Below are positions 19,985 to 30,887 of a stretch of DNA of 64,000 bases, piece by piece. Within the stretch, counting starts at the first letter, position 1. Every line of letters begins with the position of its first letter. The notes below the pieces were generated by a model that was not told the origin of the DNA, did no database searches, and worked only from the letters and a program-made list of their open reading frames with translations. The position numbers and the translations under genes are program-made. The stretch lies in NCBI GenBank assembly GCA_000146465.1, contig CP001949.1; one strand, given 5' to 3'.

Positions 19985-21166
19985 CTATAGAGAATGCTCT
20001 CCATTAAAGTTTTCTAACAATTTGAAGTCTACAATTTTAAACAGAACCAACTTCTCCAGAACTATCCGGGAAAAAGACTCAAGCCCCTCAAATGTCTTAA
20101 AGAATATAGAGAGAAACAACTTCTGCTCCTCTTCATTGAGCACGAGCTGTTCCTTGTAGATTTCCAGGTATGTAAGGAAATGAGATACACTTGGGGATCC
20201 AAGAAGACAGAAATTCCTGAAGAACGCGTTTTTGTCCTCAAAATTGGTTTTTTCAAATTCCTCTCGGCTCATCCTTGGAACTTTTTTAGCTTCTAGATTT
20301 TCTTTCTTATTCAGAAAAGCTTCCACCTTATTTGATCCAGAAATTCTCTTCATGTTTCTTACTGTGGTCTCGGTAATAAGGCGCCTAAATGGATCTATAT
20401 CCTCCGAAGTCCCAAGAGGTATATAGGAACTGCTTATATAGACGCTGTTGCTCTCATCACTAGGTCCGTAGAAGTACTCAAAAACAAGCGGCAGAAGGAT
20501 GTCCCGAAACTCTTGATCAAACAAAGGAAGGTCTTCAAGCAGGATCTTTAGAAACCCTTGCTTCTTTGCAAGTTCAAGAATCAATGCAGATAAATACAGG
20601 CTATTCTCCTCCTTATGAAGAATTCGAAGCCCATCCACCAAGGTCTTTTGCTTTGAAATATATCCTAACTGCCCAAGGCATTCATGAACAGAGAATCGAA
20701 AGCTCCTTATAATCTGCACTACGCAAAATACCTCTTCAAAGCTTTTTTCATTAGAAATCCCAAGCATTCTTTCTACTTCTTTCTTGCATCGGTCCAGAGA
20801 AGCCGGAGGCATTTCGAAGCTTGTGGATCCAAGCAAGGAATTTGTTGTAGGTATTTCTTTAACCCAAAAGAGACCCTCTGTCCCTTCTACCCCTAGTCTT
20901 TTGAAGGTAAAAGACGCAGATATCAATCCGTAAGTATCTTCGGCCATTGAGATGTCATTAGCCATGCTTACTATCTTATCTTTAAATTCGGGATTGTCTT
21001 CTGCCAGGTCGTTTATAAGATTACTTATGATGGACGACCTGTGCGGCATAAGTAGTATAACACTCTTTATTTCGGAAATAACCTTTTCTCTATCTTCAGA
21101 TAGTCTTGCCTCAGCTAGTATACGCTTGTAGTTTGTACTATTGATTCTTGGAATTGGAAGTTGCAT
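19985..21166 (-). CDS. hypothetical helical protein (393 aa)
   Basis: Intact ORF with ATG start; no motif recognised. Confidence 0.4.
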   Translation of the reverse strand: MQLPIPRINSTNYKRILAEARLSEDREKVISEIKSVILLMPHRSSIISNLINDLAEDNPEFKDKIVSMANDISMAEDTYGLISASFTFKRLGVEGTEGLFWVKEIPTTNSLLGSTSFEMPPASLDRCKKEVERMLGISNEKSFEEVFCVVQIIRSFRFSVHECLGQLGYISKQKTLVDGLRILHKEENSLYLSALILELAKKQGFLKILLEDLPLFDQEFRDILLPLVFEYFYGPSDESNSVYISSSYIPLGTSEDIDPFRRLITETTVRNMKRISGSNKVEAFLNKKENLEAKKVPRMSREEFEKTNFEDKNAFFRNFCLLGSPSVSHFLTYLEIYKEQLVLNEEEQKLFLSIFFKTFEGLESFSRIVLEKLVLFKIVDFKLLENFNGEHSL

Positions 21167-21321
21167 ATGAGGGAAAAATTTTCACTTGCTTTTAATAGCT
21201 TTCAAAAGGGAGAACCCAGTACCACCGCAGCCCTCGTGGCATATTATGCATCTCTCCATTTGTATTTATTCAGGTATACTAAGACATCCATTTGTAATTT
21301 TTGTTGTCTTTACCCTGTGAT

Positions 21322-21915
21322 ATGGACTCGTCAATAGGAATAAGAGGAAACAATTTTGTAATAGTGGCTGCCGACACAAAGATCTCTACTTCCTTTCTTG
21401 TTGTCAAAGAAGACTACGAGAAGTTCCAGACAGTCGGAAACAGAATTGTGATGTCGATGATTGGAGACCAAGGCGATGCATTCAGAACTATGCTCTATGT
21501 GTCCGAAAGTGCATATTATGAAGAGATCCAGAATGGAATAGAGCTCAGTCCAAGTGTTCTGGCACATATGATCCAAAACAAAGTTCACAAGGCTCTCCGA
21601 AAGAGGCAACTTGACATGTCATCGATAGTAGGGGGAAAGGGCCCGGAAGGATACGATCTGTGGTCTGTCGACAGATATGGAGCCATTTCTTCCGTACCCT
21701 TTTGTGCCAATGGATATGCAGCGTACTTTGTGTACGGAATTTTTGATCGAGAGTACACTGAAGATATTACTATTGATGCTGCTCTAAACATCATCCAAAA
21801 ATGTATTAATCTATTGAAGGAAAGGCTTATGATCAATCTCGAAGGATTTATGGTGAAAATAGTTACTGACGATGGAATCTCAACCAGAACCTTAACCCCG
21901 GAAATAAAAAGCTAG
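21322..21915 (+). CDS. proteasome beta-type subunit, beta3/Pup3-like (non-catalytic)
   Basis: GNNFVIVAADT lacks the Thr1 active site; C-terminal VKIVTDDGISTRTLTPE matches the beta3 VHIIEKDKITTRTL; ATG at 21322 is preceded by CCC (the track begins at a TTG). Confidence 0.7.
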   Translation: MDSSIGIRGNNFVIVAADTKISTSFLVVKEDYEKFQTVGNRIVMSMIGDQGDAFRTMLYVSESAYYEEIQNGIELSPSVLAHMIQNKVHKALRKRQLDMSSIVGGKGPEGYDLWSVDRYGAISSVPFCANGYAAYFVYGIFDREYTEDITIDAALNIIQKCINLLKERLMINLEGFMVKIVTDDGISTRTLTPEIKS

Positions 21916-21975
21916 TGGTTTTTGATGAAAAGAGTATCTTCTAGTTTGGACAATAAGTTCAAGACAGCTCTACCT

Positions 21976-24045
21976 TCAATTCAGTAGGTATATTCTTCCA
22001 TTTTCAAACAGGATTAAGTCTTTTTCTGCTAATCCCGAGAGGATGGCTTCCACTTCTGGCTCTGTAACGCTCACGTCTACTCCAAGATATTCCATAAAGT
22101 CCTTGATATCCAGCACTCTAGGGTTTTTTGGATCTGCACTATAATCATATAGTGCGTGGCTTACAAAGTCGACTTTGTCCTCATCAATCATAGCCTCTTC
22201 TAGGCGTTGTTTCAGTGTACCCTTTTCATCAACCAGGTCAAACTCATCTTGCGGCTCTGCTCCCCCAACTTTGATCCTTTTGGATGTCTTGATCACCTTC
22301 TGGAATAGAGAGTCCTTAATTAGATTCACTGCACATTCCGCATCGTCGTACTCAACTACATCGCTCAGCCTTAGCTTTGCATTTGCAGTGGCAAGACGAA
22401 TCATTGTCTCCAGCATTCTCGGAGTGATAGAAACAATCTGTTGTTTCCTATCCTTACTCTGTCTCAGCAGAGTATACTCTTCCACTATAAGTCTGGACGC
22501 CTCTCGGCTGAGAACCGGTTTTTTTCTTCTGCAGTGTTGAATATATGCTCGAAATACCTCTTGCTTGATTCCTATCCCTTCTTCCTCATATCCCTGTCCA
22601 AGCATATGCATTCTTAGCACATGTTCTGAGATCAGCTGGTCAGTGTCTGCATTGGACTTGTCAAGAGTTACAAATATGAGATCAAACCGTGTTAGGAGAC
22701 TTTCGGGAAGTCTTACGTTGTCTTGGGGAGGTCTTGATTCTTTGTATTGGCCCCAGATAGGATTTGCTGCTGCTAACACCGAGCATCTAGCATTCAACGT
22801 CGTGTGAATCCCTGCTTTTGCTATCGTAACTGTCTGCTGTTCCATTACTTCGTGAATTGCAACCCGGTCTCCATCACTCATTTTGTCAAATTCATCAATA
22901 CAGACCACTCCTCTGTCTGCTAACACCATTGCTCCGGCTTCCAACCTTTTTTCTCCTGTGTCTTTGTCCAGAACCACCGCTGCAGTCAGCCCTACCCCAC
23001 TGGATCCCTTCCCAGTAGTTGGAACGGATAGCTGCGCCGCATTGAGCACATATCTAAGAAGCTGGCTCTTTGCTGTTGAAGGATCTCCAACCAGTAGGAT
23101 ATTTATATCCCCTCTTATCTTGCTACCATTCTTCATCACAACTTCATTTCCCCCAACCAGAAGTAAGGCTATGGATTTCTTGATGATGTCATGTCCAAAT
23201 ATGCTGGGCGCAATCGAATTATGGATGTTTTTCATCTTCGATAGTACTTCAAATTCCATCTCCATCTCCGGCTCTGTTTCTCCTTCTTCTTCTTGTATTT
23301 TTTCAATGTTATTTGCGACTATAACTGTTCGAAATCTTGAGGGAAATTGCTGGTTTCCAAAGCAAAGACTCTTATAAATTCCATAGATCTTTGTTCTATC
23401 TCCAGGCTTGAGTTGGTCAACCAAGTCAAAAGACAATATCACCTCCACAGACCTGGGAAGTTGTCCAGGAGGTGCTTTCTCTGGCATCTCCTGTAAAACA
23501 ATGGTTTGGTGGTCAAAATACTCTGAAAGCCCAAACTCCGTTGTTAACAGAGTCCCGTCCATGTCTCGGGTAGGATACACTGTATTTGTAACAGGGAGTT
23601 TTGTTACCATTGTGGCATCTCTATACTCCTTGGAATAAAATACATTTTTCAATCGATTGTAGTGCACACTTCTCATGATCTTGGGCCTGCATATAGAACA
23701 AGACGTAACTATTCCCTCCACAGAGACCATCTTTCCTATATATACACTCGTCAAGGTTCTAGGATTGAGAAGATGATCTCCAAACGATCCCTTGACTCCA
23801 AGGAATATCTTTCTCCCACCCATATCGCTTAGCTCATCTTCGGCGAATGGAACTAGAGTCCCCGGTTCCTCCAGAATCCCCTTGGCGAGTGTTTTATCAA
23901 ACGCACGCATATCGTTTATATTCAAAATAATTCTCTGGTAGTCCTCGTATGGAAGCTTGGAAATCACCTCTCCAATATCCTTGTCCTGTGGTGTGCGATA
24001 AGACTCGACAAAGCCCTTGAACAGTTCAATAAACTCAGATTCCAT
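21976..24045 (-). CDS. MCM3: DNA replication licensing factor MCM3
   Basis: MCM box ILLVGDPSTAKSQLLRYV...IDEFDKMSDGDRVAIHEVMEQQTVTIAKAGIHTTLNARCSVLAAANP, arginine finger SLLTRFDL, and ISEHVLRMH, which is nearly identical to the MCM3-specific ISDHVLRMH. Confidence 0.85.
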   Translation of the reverse strand: MESEFIELFKGFVESYRTPQDKDIGEVISKLPYEDYQRIILNINDMRAFDKTLAKGILEEPGTLVPFAEDELSDMGGRKIFLGVKGSFGDHLLNPRTLTSVYIGKMVSVEGIVTSCSICRPKIMRSVHYNRLKNVFYSKEYRDATMVTKLPVTNTVYPTRDMDGTLLTTEFGLSEYFDHQTIVLQEMPEKAPPGQLPRSVEVILSFDLVDQLKPGDRTKIYGIYKSLCFGNQQFPSRFRTVIVANNIEKIQEEEGETEPEMEMEFEVLSKMKNIHNSIAPSIFGHDIIKKSIALLLVGGNEVVMKNGSKIRGDINILLVGDPSTAKSQLLRYVLNAAQLSVPTTGKGSSGVGLTAAVVLDKDTGEKRLEAGAMVLADRGVVCIDEFDKMSDGDRVAIHEVMEQQTVTIAKAGIHTTLNARCSVLAAANPIWGQYKESRPPQDNVRLPESLLTRFDLIFVTLDKSNADTDQLISEHVLRMHMLGQGYEEEGIGIKQEVFRAYIQHCRRKKPVLSREASRLIVEEYTLLRQSKDRKQQIVSITPRMLETMIRLATANAKLRLSDVVEYDDAECAVNLIKDSLFQKVIKTSKRIKVGGAEPQDEFDLVDEKGTLKQRLEEAMIDEDKVDFVSHALYDYSADPKNPRVLDIKDFMEYLGVDVSVTEPEVEAILSGLAEKDLILFENGRIYLLN

Positions 24046-24132
24046 TTCCCGTAGGGTTCAAAAATTTCTACTACATCAAGCCTTGGTATATCCATACCTT
24101 AGAAAAACCAGTATCCTTAGAATATCATTTAT

Positions 24133-24813
24133 TCAGTTTACAATGGTGAAGTCGTTGTACGACATAAAGTTTGAAAAAAGCACATAGAGATATCTGAACC
24201 ACACCATCTGGGACCTATGAAGAAGCATCATTTTGGTAGAACTCATGTACATGCTAAAAGGAATAGTACTGGAGACTCTAGAAAAGCTGATATCAATCAC
24301 ATATTTTCGGAGCAAGTCTTTGGACTTTAGAAATGCCCCTTTCACATTGTGTAACTTCAAAAATAGCCTAGCTCCCTTGTAGCATGAAATATGATTTTTG
24401 TGTCCAGATACCCCAAACTCATCAAACGTCATCAGAACGTCGAATGGTCTCGTTATGTATATCCATAAAAGTTTCAAATAAACTGCCAATGGATCCCAAT
24501 CTTCTCCGTCTGCAAAGAGTGCTGTCATAATCACTTTTGTCCCTGCATAGGACCCTACTTTCCTGAGCTCTTTTTCCCTCTCTTTCCCTTTTCCTTCTTT
24601 GTTACCATTTGACAGGCAAAGAATATCCATTCTTTCTCTCAGACTCAATAGGGATGGAGCAAAGAACATAGACTCATCATCTGGATGTGCAATCAGCAGT
24701 AGATGCCTGCCCGGGAGTAATGACGATCTCCTCAATCTCCTTACATTTCTTAGCATAATTACTATCAGTATAACCGAAAAGAATGTCTTAAACCTTGAAA
24801 ACCTTTTAAACAT
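24133..24813 (-). CDS. GlcNAc-PI de-N-acetylase (PIG-L/Gpi12, LmbE family)
   Basis: Signal-anchor N-terminus, then the LLLIAHPDDESMFFAPS motif that is diagnostic of PIG-L. Confidence 0.6.
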   Translation of the reverse strand: MFKRFSRFKTFFSVILIVIMLRNVRRLRRSSLLPGRHLLLIAHPDDESMFFAPSLLSLRERMDILCLSNGNKEGKGKEREKELRKVGSYAGTKVIMTALFADGEDWDPLAVYLKLLWIYITRPFDVLMTFDEFGVSGHKNHISCYKGARLFLKLHNVKGAFLKSKDLLRKYVIDISFSRVSSTIPFSMYMSSTKMMLLHRSQMVWFRYLYVLFSNFMSYNDFTIVN

Positions 24814-24864
24814 TTTAGGATGTAGTTTAAATGCCGGGGTGTGTTTGTAAATCCTTTATTTAAT

Positions 24865-25770
24865 TCAATCAACTTGATCTCCGAATACTTTGCACCATTG
24901 TGGAATCTCTCCTAGGTCCTCCGATATCATCTCACTTATCTCTCCATTATCAAGACCTATAAAAACGACCCCACCATCGCATGTAAGGCAGTTCATCTCG
25001 GAACTACTTAGATATTCTCCAACCATTCCAGTTCTGCTGCAGCATCGCAACGCACCTCGGTCCAAGCTGATCAGTATTTTTCCATTAAATGTAACCTTCT
25101 TGATTCTTTGGTCGTGTTTTACACTGAACAGCTCCTTTCGGGCTCTCAAGTCATGAAAGTAAACAGTCCCTTCATTTGTTCCAACTCCAAAGTCTATTCC
25201 ATTTTCCGCGAAGGTTATACTGGATGGAGACTCATTATATTCAACCGACTTTACTATCTCTTTACACCTCTGGTCAATGAACTGCACTCCTCCAGCTCCT
25301 CCAACCCCAATAAGGCCATTGCACTCATTCATTTCGATTGAATATATCTCATCTATCGTTACAGCATAACTTCTCAGAAACCTCCCTTGATCCAGATTGA
25401 ATCGATAGACAGCAGACCCCTTCCCCCCGCTCATCAACTCGGCCCGGAACTTGTTAAGACAGATATCAAAACACACTGTTGGTGTCCTTATTCCTTCGTG
25501 ATGCCCATACTTGGCATGGAACTCAATTGTTCTGTCTCCTCTCAAAATACAAATCTTTGAGGCATCTGGTACAAGAGACAACACTCTTGCCGGTTCTGAC
25601 TCTAGATGCCTCTCCACCTTTTGGGCAAGATTCTCAAAGTCATAGATCTTTACACAAGGCTTGTAAACACCCACAGATAGAAGATATCGTCTGTTTTCAG
25701 ATATTGCTAAGTCTATGGACGATGCAGGGTGCCCGAGACTCTTTATCTTGGACATCTTCTCCAACTTCAT
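24865..25770 (-). CDS. nucleolar protein NOL10/Enp2, N-terminal WD-repeat domain only
   Basis: GVYKPCVKIYDFENLAQKVERHLESE matches the NOL10 GTYKPRVRCYDTYQLSLKFERCLDSE, and the C-terminal PQWCKVF matches PRWCSFL; ATG at 25770 (the track start 25860 is a TTG that overlaps RPB6). Confidence 0.6.
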   Translation of the reverse strand: MKLEKMSKIKSLGHPASSIDLAISENRRYLLSVGVYKPCVKIYDFENLAQKVERHLESEPARVLSLVPDASKICILRGDRTIEFHAKYGHHEGIRTPTVCFDICLNKFRAELMSGGKGSAVYRFNLDQGRFLRSYAVTIDEIYSIEMNECNGLIGVGGAGGVQFIDQRCKEIVKSVEYNESPSSITFAENGIDFGVGTNEGTVYFHDLRARKELFSVKHDQRIKKVTFNGKILISLDRGALRCCSRTGMVGEYLSSSEMNCLTCDGGVVFIGLDNGEISEMISEDLGEIPQWCKVFGDQVD

Positions 25771-25832
25771 CTGAGCTTCCGACGGGTCGTTATTTCTTTG
25801 GTTTTTAGCTGCGGGCAAATAAAAGGCCCCTG

Positions 25833-26183
25833 ATGGATAGCGAGGACGTCCGGCTTTCAAGCGAATACTCTACAGAGGAAAACAACACAGAGATTGTCAG
25901 CATGTCCAATGCCGAAGTGAGAATCTCAAGTTCAGATCGTAAAACCCTTCCCAGAATGACCAAATATGAGAAGGCGCACGTAATCGGAGTACGTGCATCT
26001 CAGCTCAGTGCAGGAGCTCCTCCATTTGTAGACATAGGAAATGAAAGTAATCCACTCGCCATTGCCAACATGGAGCTAAATGAAAAAAAGATTCCATTTA
26101 TCATACGGAGAAGACTTCCAGATAACAGCTTCGAAGATTGGGCAATCGACGAGCTGATGATACCTGGAGTTGACTTTCAATAG
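25833..26183 (+). CDS. RPB6: RNA polymerase I/II/III common subunit RPB6 (RPABC2)
   Basis: TKYEKAHVIGVRASQLSAGAPPFVDIGNESNPLAIANMELNEKKIPFIIRRRLPDNSFEDWAIDEL is collinear with the Rpb6 core. Confidence 0.8.
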   Translation: MDSEDVRLSSEYSTEENNTEIVSMSNAEVRISSSDRKTLPRMTKYEKAHVIGVRASQLSAGAPPFVDIGNESNPLAIANMELNEKKIPFIIRRRLPDNSFEDWAIDELMIPGVDFQ

Positions 26184-26297
26184 CAAAATCTTACACCTGA
26201 AGAAAGGCAGAAATAAATGAAGTAAAGCACACTTTAGTTATTTAAATGCCTTCTAGACCCAAAGGGATAAACAAATCCGGCTTTTCGATTTCCTTAG

Positions 26298-26498
26298 CTA
26301 CTCCGGGCCAACAAATGGCTTTATTTGCGACATGTACACACAGGCCCATGCAATGTATCCAAATGCTAAAGCGCCGATCAGACCGATTCTCACTTCGTCC
26401 TTGTTTCTGGTGGATTTCCCTCTTGTCAACACCACTATGGCGGTAGACACCATAAGTATGAAAGCAATAGAGCACAGAAGAATAGAAGCGTCTGCCAT
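26298..26498 (-). CDS. V-type ATPase V0 subunit e (Vma9-like) small membrane protein
   Basis: 66 aa with two TM helices, ending ...QIKPFVGPE like the Vma9 ...QLHPLVAPR. Confidence 0.4.
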   Translation of the reverse strand: MADASILLCSIAFILMVSTAIVVLTRGKSTRNKDEVRIGLIGALAFGYIAWACVYMSQIKPFVGPE

Positions 26499-26816
26499 CT
26501 ATGTGTCAAGGGCTAGTTTTGAAACAATAAATGCTTTACTAGAATCACATATTGAAGTCTAAATATATCAAAGGCTTTTCTAGGCTTAAGGCCAAGAGGA
26601 TCTGTATTTCAACTCAGAGGTTTGTGGTTCTTTGGGAATTCAAATCCTAGTTGAAGTATGATGGGGAATAGGATGTTTTTCTTGGCTTGAATTCTTTTGT
26701 GAAGAACCAGAAGAAGAATATGGATGATAATTCGATGTATTCCTAGAGCTTGTTCCAAGGATATCAGACAGACAAAACTCCAGGGAAGGATAAAGTTTGA
26801 GATTATCTCCCCCGGA

Positions 26817-27752
26817 ATGGGGATTAAAAAAAAACGACAAAGTAAGAGGCTGACCACAAGGAAGAGGGAAAGCATGCTGAAGAAATCAAGGATAGATGAG
26901 AGAAAGAAAAGAAGAATGAACAGAAAGATGCAAGCGAAAATGGAGAAGGTTCCTCCATCGGTTCTTAGAACAGATGAAGAAAATATCCAATATGCAGAGA
27001 TAAAAAGAATGGAAAAGCTCAGGAAGATGGAGTATGAAGAAACCTTAAAGAACTCGGAAAAGAAAGAACCGTATCTCAATGAAATGGTGAGTCTGGTGTC
27101 TAAAAGTGATGTGGTGATTGAAGTTGTTGATGCAAGAGACCCCGATGGCAGCAGGAATGGTGAAGCTGAGAAGATAGTTTCCTTACACGGAAAAAAACTG
27201 ATTATTATTCTGAACTATACACACTACGTTCCGAGGGAAATAGTTAGTGAGTGGAAGGTGCACTTGAGAAAGAATGGGGCCAATTGTATTGAATTGGGGG
27301 AAGAAGATATAAGCTGGATAGGAGAAGAAGCAAGGATAGGGATATTTGGAAATCCAGGATCTGGGAAGAATTTTGTTCTCCAGAGTATTTCTAGGGTTCT
27401 AGGAAGGAAGCCGAAGTCGTCTATTGTCTCAGTACCTCCGAGTGGAGTTACTCCATCAAGTATTCTTAGAGGATGTAATGGACTTATTGGAATACCATTC
27501 AAAAGTTATATTGATGCAATTATTGAAAGAATCGACAAGAAAGAGGTTGCTATCCTCCATAGAATACCTGAGTTTGGCAGCTCAGAAGAACTTTTGGAGA
27601 GTATCTGCGAGGAGTACCAAATAGATGGAGATAACAAACACATTCGATATATGAAGGCTAGCGAGAAGTTTCTGGAGAGTTTCCTTCTGCATAAGATCCT
27701 TTTTTGGAGGAGGGTTGATGAAGATGGACTATCGTTTGCCTTTCCTTCGTAA
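26817..27752 (+). CDS. nucleolar GTPase-like protein (Nug1/GNL3-type, degenerate G motifs)
   Basis: Basic N-terminus KKKRQSKRLTTRKRESMLKK, DVVIEVVDARDPDGSRN, a degenerate G1 GNPGSGKNF, and a missing NKxD; ATG at 26817 follows CCC. Confidence 0.45.
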   Translation: MGIKKKRQSKRLTTRKRESMLKKSRIDERKKRRMNRKMQAKMEKVPPSVLRTDEENIQYAEIKRMEKLRKMEYEETLKNSEKKEPYLNEMVSLVSKSDVVIEVVDARDPDGSRNGEAEKIVSLHGKKLIIILNYTHYVPREIVSEWKVHLRKNGANCIELGEEDISWIGEEARIGIFGNPGSGKNFVLQSISRVLGRKPKSSIVSVPPSGVTPSSILRGCNGLIGIPFKSYIDAIIERIDKKEVAILHRIPEFGSSEELLESICEEYQIDGDNKHIRYMKASEKFLESFLLHKILFWRRVDEDGLSFAFPS

Positions 27753-27855
27753 AGGCGATGAATAAACACTTAAGAATTGGATGAAATGCTTTTGCCAAGA
27801 CACTTCGGTCTATGTTTTTGAAGGGTTGTTATGCCGGGATAATTAAGGCCCTGGA

Positions 27856-29118
27856 ATGATAATCGGATTGTTTGTTGCAAACAGCCTGACAGGGCAAATG
27901 GTGTCCAGAATGACCCGGACGATGCCTGTGTCGAAGATGGAGCACTTTGTATTTGACTTTATAAGCTCGGGGGCATCTACAAACGGGGTTTTGACTAGAA
28001 GCTTTTACAAGTATGTTTACAATGTAATTGATTCGACCTACTATGTTGCGATTACAAGCATAGGATACAACAATGTAAAGGCACAGAGGATTCTGGACCT
28101 CTTGCAGAAGAACACGGATGGCGAAGTGATTGATGTCTTGGTAACGATAGACAACATTCTTTATGGACAAACAACCTTTGACTCGAACATCACTTTGATA
28201 AAGGACATGGACAGCCAGGAGGAAAAGATCCATGAGATGATGATGAAAAACAAGAGTAAGGAGCTTATCCAGAAGCAGAAGGAGTTCCAGAAGAGGCCTG
28301 TTTCAGACATTGATCGAGAACTTGAAAGAGTAAAGAATCTCGAGATAGAGATGAGAAACGAAAGCATACAACAGCTCAAGAGTATTGTGAAGACAAACAG
28401 TAATCCTGTAAAGGAGAAGAGAAGGGCCTTGGAAACATCATTGAGCCCAGTATTCATTGTGTTCAAGGAAAGGCTTAGGATGGAGATCGACAAAGAAAAC
28501 AACATCAAAAGCGGAGAGGTTCAGGGAGATATGAGCATTACTATAAAGGAGGAGGAGTATAGAGACATAGAAATAAAGCTTGGAAATGTAGGGAAGGATG
28601 TGAAGTTTAGCCCAAATCTGAACAAGTCTATGTCTGGGGAAGGAATACTCAGATGTGAAAAGGGATTTCCTATTGAAAAGAATGTGGCTCTTGTGAAGTG
28701 GAAAAGCTCTGATGTTCGAGAAGCACCCATTACAGTCACGTTCTGGCCCAGTGAGACGGGTCTGAATGTATACCAAATAATGTTTGAATATACTGCAGAG
28801 TGCAATATGAAGGACTTAAGCATCTTCTTTTCTAAAAGCAAGGTTTCGAACGTCTCAATCAATGGACCAGCAAGAGAAAGGGATTCTCACATAGAATGGA
28901 ACATAGGGGATGTTGAGAAAGGCTCTTCGGATACCTTGGAATTTAGCTGCACATGTGCGGATCCTTCCGAAGTTTTTCCTTTGGAGATATACTTTACTTC
29001 CGACTTTGTTTTCACAAATCTGTTTGTGGAGAGAGTGGTGAGAAAGGGGGAGGAGATTGACGAGGTAGAGATCAAGAAAGTGTTTGAAGTTGATAAGTTT
29101 AGTGTAGTTGATGAGTAA
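27856..29118 (+). CDS. coatomer (COPI) delta subunit
   Basis: Longin-like N-terminus [19 protein letters not shown]; [36 protein letters not shown] matches the delta-COP IRTFTEMDSHEEKVFRAV..; C-terminal mu-homology-like beta region. Confidence 0.7.
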   Translation: MIIGLFVANSLTGQMVSRMTRTMPVSKMEHFVFDFISSGASTNGVLTRSFYKYVYNVIDSTYYVAITSIGYNNVKAQRILDLLQKNTDGEVIDVLVTIDNILYGQTTFDSNITLIKDMDSQEEKIHEMMMKNKSKELIQKQKEFQKRPVSDIDRELERVKNLEIEMRNESIQQLKSIVKTNSNPVKEKRRALETSLSPVFIVFKERLRMEIDKENNIKSGEVQGDMSITIKEEEYRDIEIKLGNVGKDVKFSPNLNKSMSGEGILRCEKGFPIEKNVALVKWKSSDVREAPITVTFWPSETGLNVYQIMFEYTAECNMKDLSIFFSKSKVSNVSINGPARERDSHIEWNIGDVEKGSSDTLEFSCTCADPSEVFPLEIYFTSDFVFTNLFVERVVRKGEEIDEVEIKKVFEVDKFSVVDE

Positions 29119-29177
29119 GGTTATGGTTTTGTTTCTGGGATTCGGTTGGTACATTTCCTGAAAAAAATTTACCCTCT

Positions 29178-29651
29178 ATGTCTGAGACTAATGAGATTGA
29201 GAATGTAGAAAGGGAGGACGACATTTCTAAGAAGAAGAGAACCTTCCGAAGGTACACATATAGGGGAGTTCCGGTTGAGGAGCTTGAGAAGATGGCATTT
29301 AGCGAGGTTGCAAAGCTTTTTCCATCGAGACTCCGCAGGAAGATTAGAAGAGGCCTTTCGTCGCGCGAGGTGCAGCTAATCAAGGACTGTATTGCATCAA
29401 AGGCAGCTTGTTCCTCGACACTTGAGAAGCCTGAGATGGTGCGTACACAGGCAAGGTCTGCAATTATCTGGCCAGCTATGATTGGAGCCCTGGTCGGGGT
29501 TCATGTTGGAAATGGATACCTTCCTATTGAAATCAAGCCTGAGATGATTGGATATACTTTATCTGAGTTTGCACCCACTAGGGTTATTCCAAAGCATGGT
29601 AGGCCGGGAATAGGAGCAAGCTCATCCTCCAAGTTTGTTCCGTTGAAATAA
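29178..29651 (+). CDS. RPS15: 40S ribosomal protein S15 (uS19)
   Basis: [19 protein letters not shown] ... [41 protein letters not shown] is collinear with RPS15; CCC immediately 5' of the ATG. Confidence 0.9.
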   Translation: MSETNEIENVEREDDISKKKRTFRRYTYRGVPVEELEKMAFSEVAKLFPSRLRRKIRRGLSSREVQLIKDCIASKAACSSTLEKPEMVRTQARSAIIWPAMIGALVGVHVGNGYLPIEIKPEMIGYTLSEFAPTRVIPKHGRPGIGASSSSKFVPLK

Positions 29652-29721
29652 ACCAACTTCTTCTCTATTTTACAGACAATATCCCTAGGCTTTGAATATA
29701 TCGGGCCCTTTAGAAATCCCC

Positions 29722-30822
29722 ATGAGTAAGAAAGCTACGGGTGACGCTGATGAATCCGACTTTTCTTATGAATACACATCCTCTGATTCTTTTGAAACCG
29801 TTTCCGAGGAGATCTCTGAATACGAGAAGGAGTACTTTGGAGATATTTCTGAAGAAGCTGGAGCTGAGTCTGAAGAGAAGGCGGCCTGGGAAGATAGCGA
29901 TGACGACCCTGGAATACGAGAAGATCACAAGAAAACAGTAACATGGCTTGACGGAAAGCAATGCAAGAAGCAAATAGAAGTTCGCAAGAAAAAAGTGAGA
30001 TTTGAATACGAGAAGAATCTATTTCTCTCCAAGTGCAAAATCAAACTGGCCAAAGCTCATGGAGAGTATTTGGTTGTTGTGGATACCTACAACAATATCT
30101 ACATACTCAAGGATTTCAAGATCCATAAGACACTTTGGATTGAGTTGTTTGGGATCTCGGATTTTATATATACAGGGGAAAGGATCTTATTCTCTTCGCA
30201 TAAGCAAAGCAACCTAAAGGAAGTTACATTTGATGGAGACGTCCGAAACATAAGCATAAAGTCTGTAGAAGGCATAAAGAAGATGATTAGTATTGGAGAT
30301 TTCATATATACAATTGGAAAGAAATTAATTCTTTTGAATAGTTCCTACGAGGTGGTTGAGGTGATGGAAGGAGAGTTTATGGACATTGCAGTATCTGAGG
30401 AGGCTGTATATGCAATGGGATGTGGAGGAGATATCGTTATGCTGACACCTGATTTGCAGATTTTAAGGAAGGAGAGCTTTGAGGACAAGTTTGATTTCCA
30501 CTCGATATATTTTTTTGCAAATCAAGTCTTTATTGGAATGGGAATGGGAGTAAAGGTGCTTGACAAAGATATGAAGCCAGTCAAGGAGTTCAAAAACCTT
30601 AAAAATGGGGTTACAGGGCTTACAGGCCATAGAGAATATGTGATATACGGATCGGATTATACCAATTCCCTGAAGATAATCCTTCCAGGCCTGAAATGCT
30701 TTAACAAGTTTCCATTCAACGCCATCAGTATCCCTTCGATTAATTCTCTAGAATCTGATGGTAAGAATATTGTGGTCTGTTCTGGAAGATCTGTTAGCAT
30801 TCTTCGAATGAAAGTGGAGTGA
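29722..30822 (+). CDS. hypothetical protein with an acidic N-terminal tail and a beta-rich body (possibly nucleolar)
   Basis: Asp/Glu/Ser-rich N-terminus, then repetitive beta-strand-like segments; ATG at 29722 follows TCCCC (the track start 29692 is a TTG). Confidence 0.35.
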   Translation: MSKKATGDADESDFSYEYTSSDSFETVSEEISEYEKEYFGDISEEAGAESEEKAAWEDSDDDPGIREDHKKTVTWLDGKQCKKQIEVRKKKVRFEYEKNLFLSKCKIKLAKAHGEYLVVVDTYNNIYILKDFKIHKTLWIELFGISDFIYTGERILFSSHKQSNLKEVTFDGDVRNISIKSVEGIKKMISIGDFIYTIGKKLILLNSSYEVVEVMEGEFMDIAVSEEAVYAMGCGGDIVMLTPDLQILRKESFEDKFDFHSIYFFANQVFIGMGMGVKVLDKDMKPVKEFKNLKNGVTGLTGHREYVIYGSDYTNSLKIILPGLKCFNKFPFNAISIPSINSLESDGKNIVVCSGRSVSILRMKVE

Positions 30823-30887
30823 GGGTTTGTCTGGAAACCCTGGCGTTTTGGTAATGCAGCCTTGGTGTTGGAGATTTGTAAAAATCC

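Noticed and set aside
26609-27079. 156-aa minus-strand ORF overlapping the start of the Nug1-like GTPase gene
   Set aside because: Its hydrophobic low-complexity translation lies antisense to a basic N-terminal region, and the plus-strand gene has homology support
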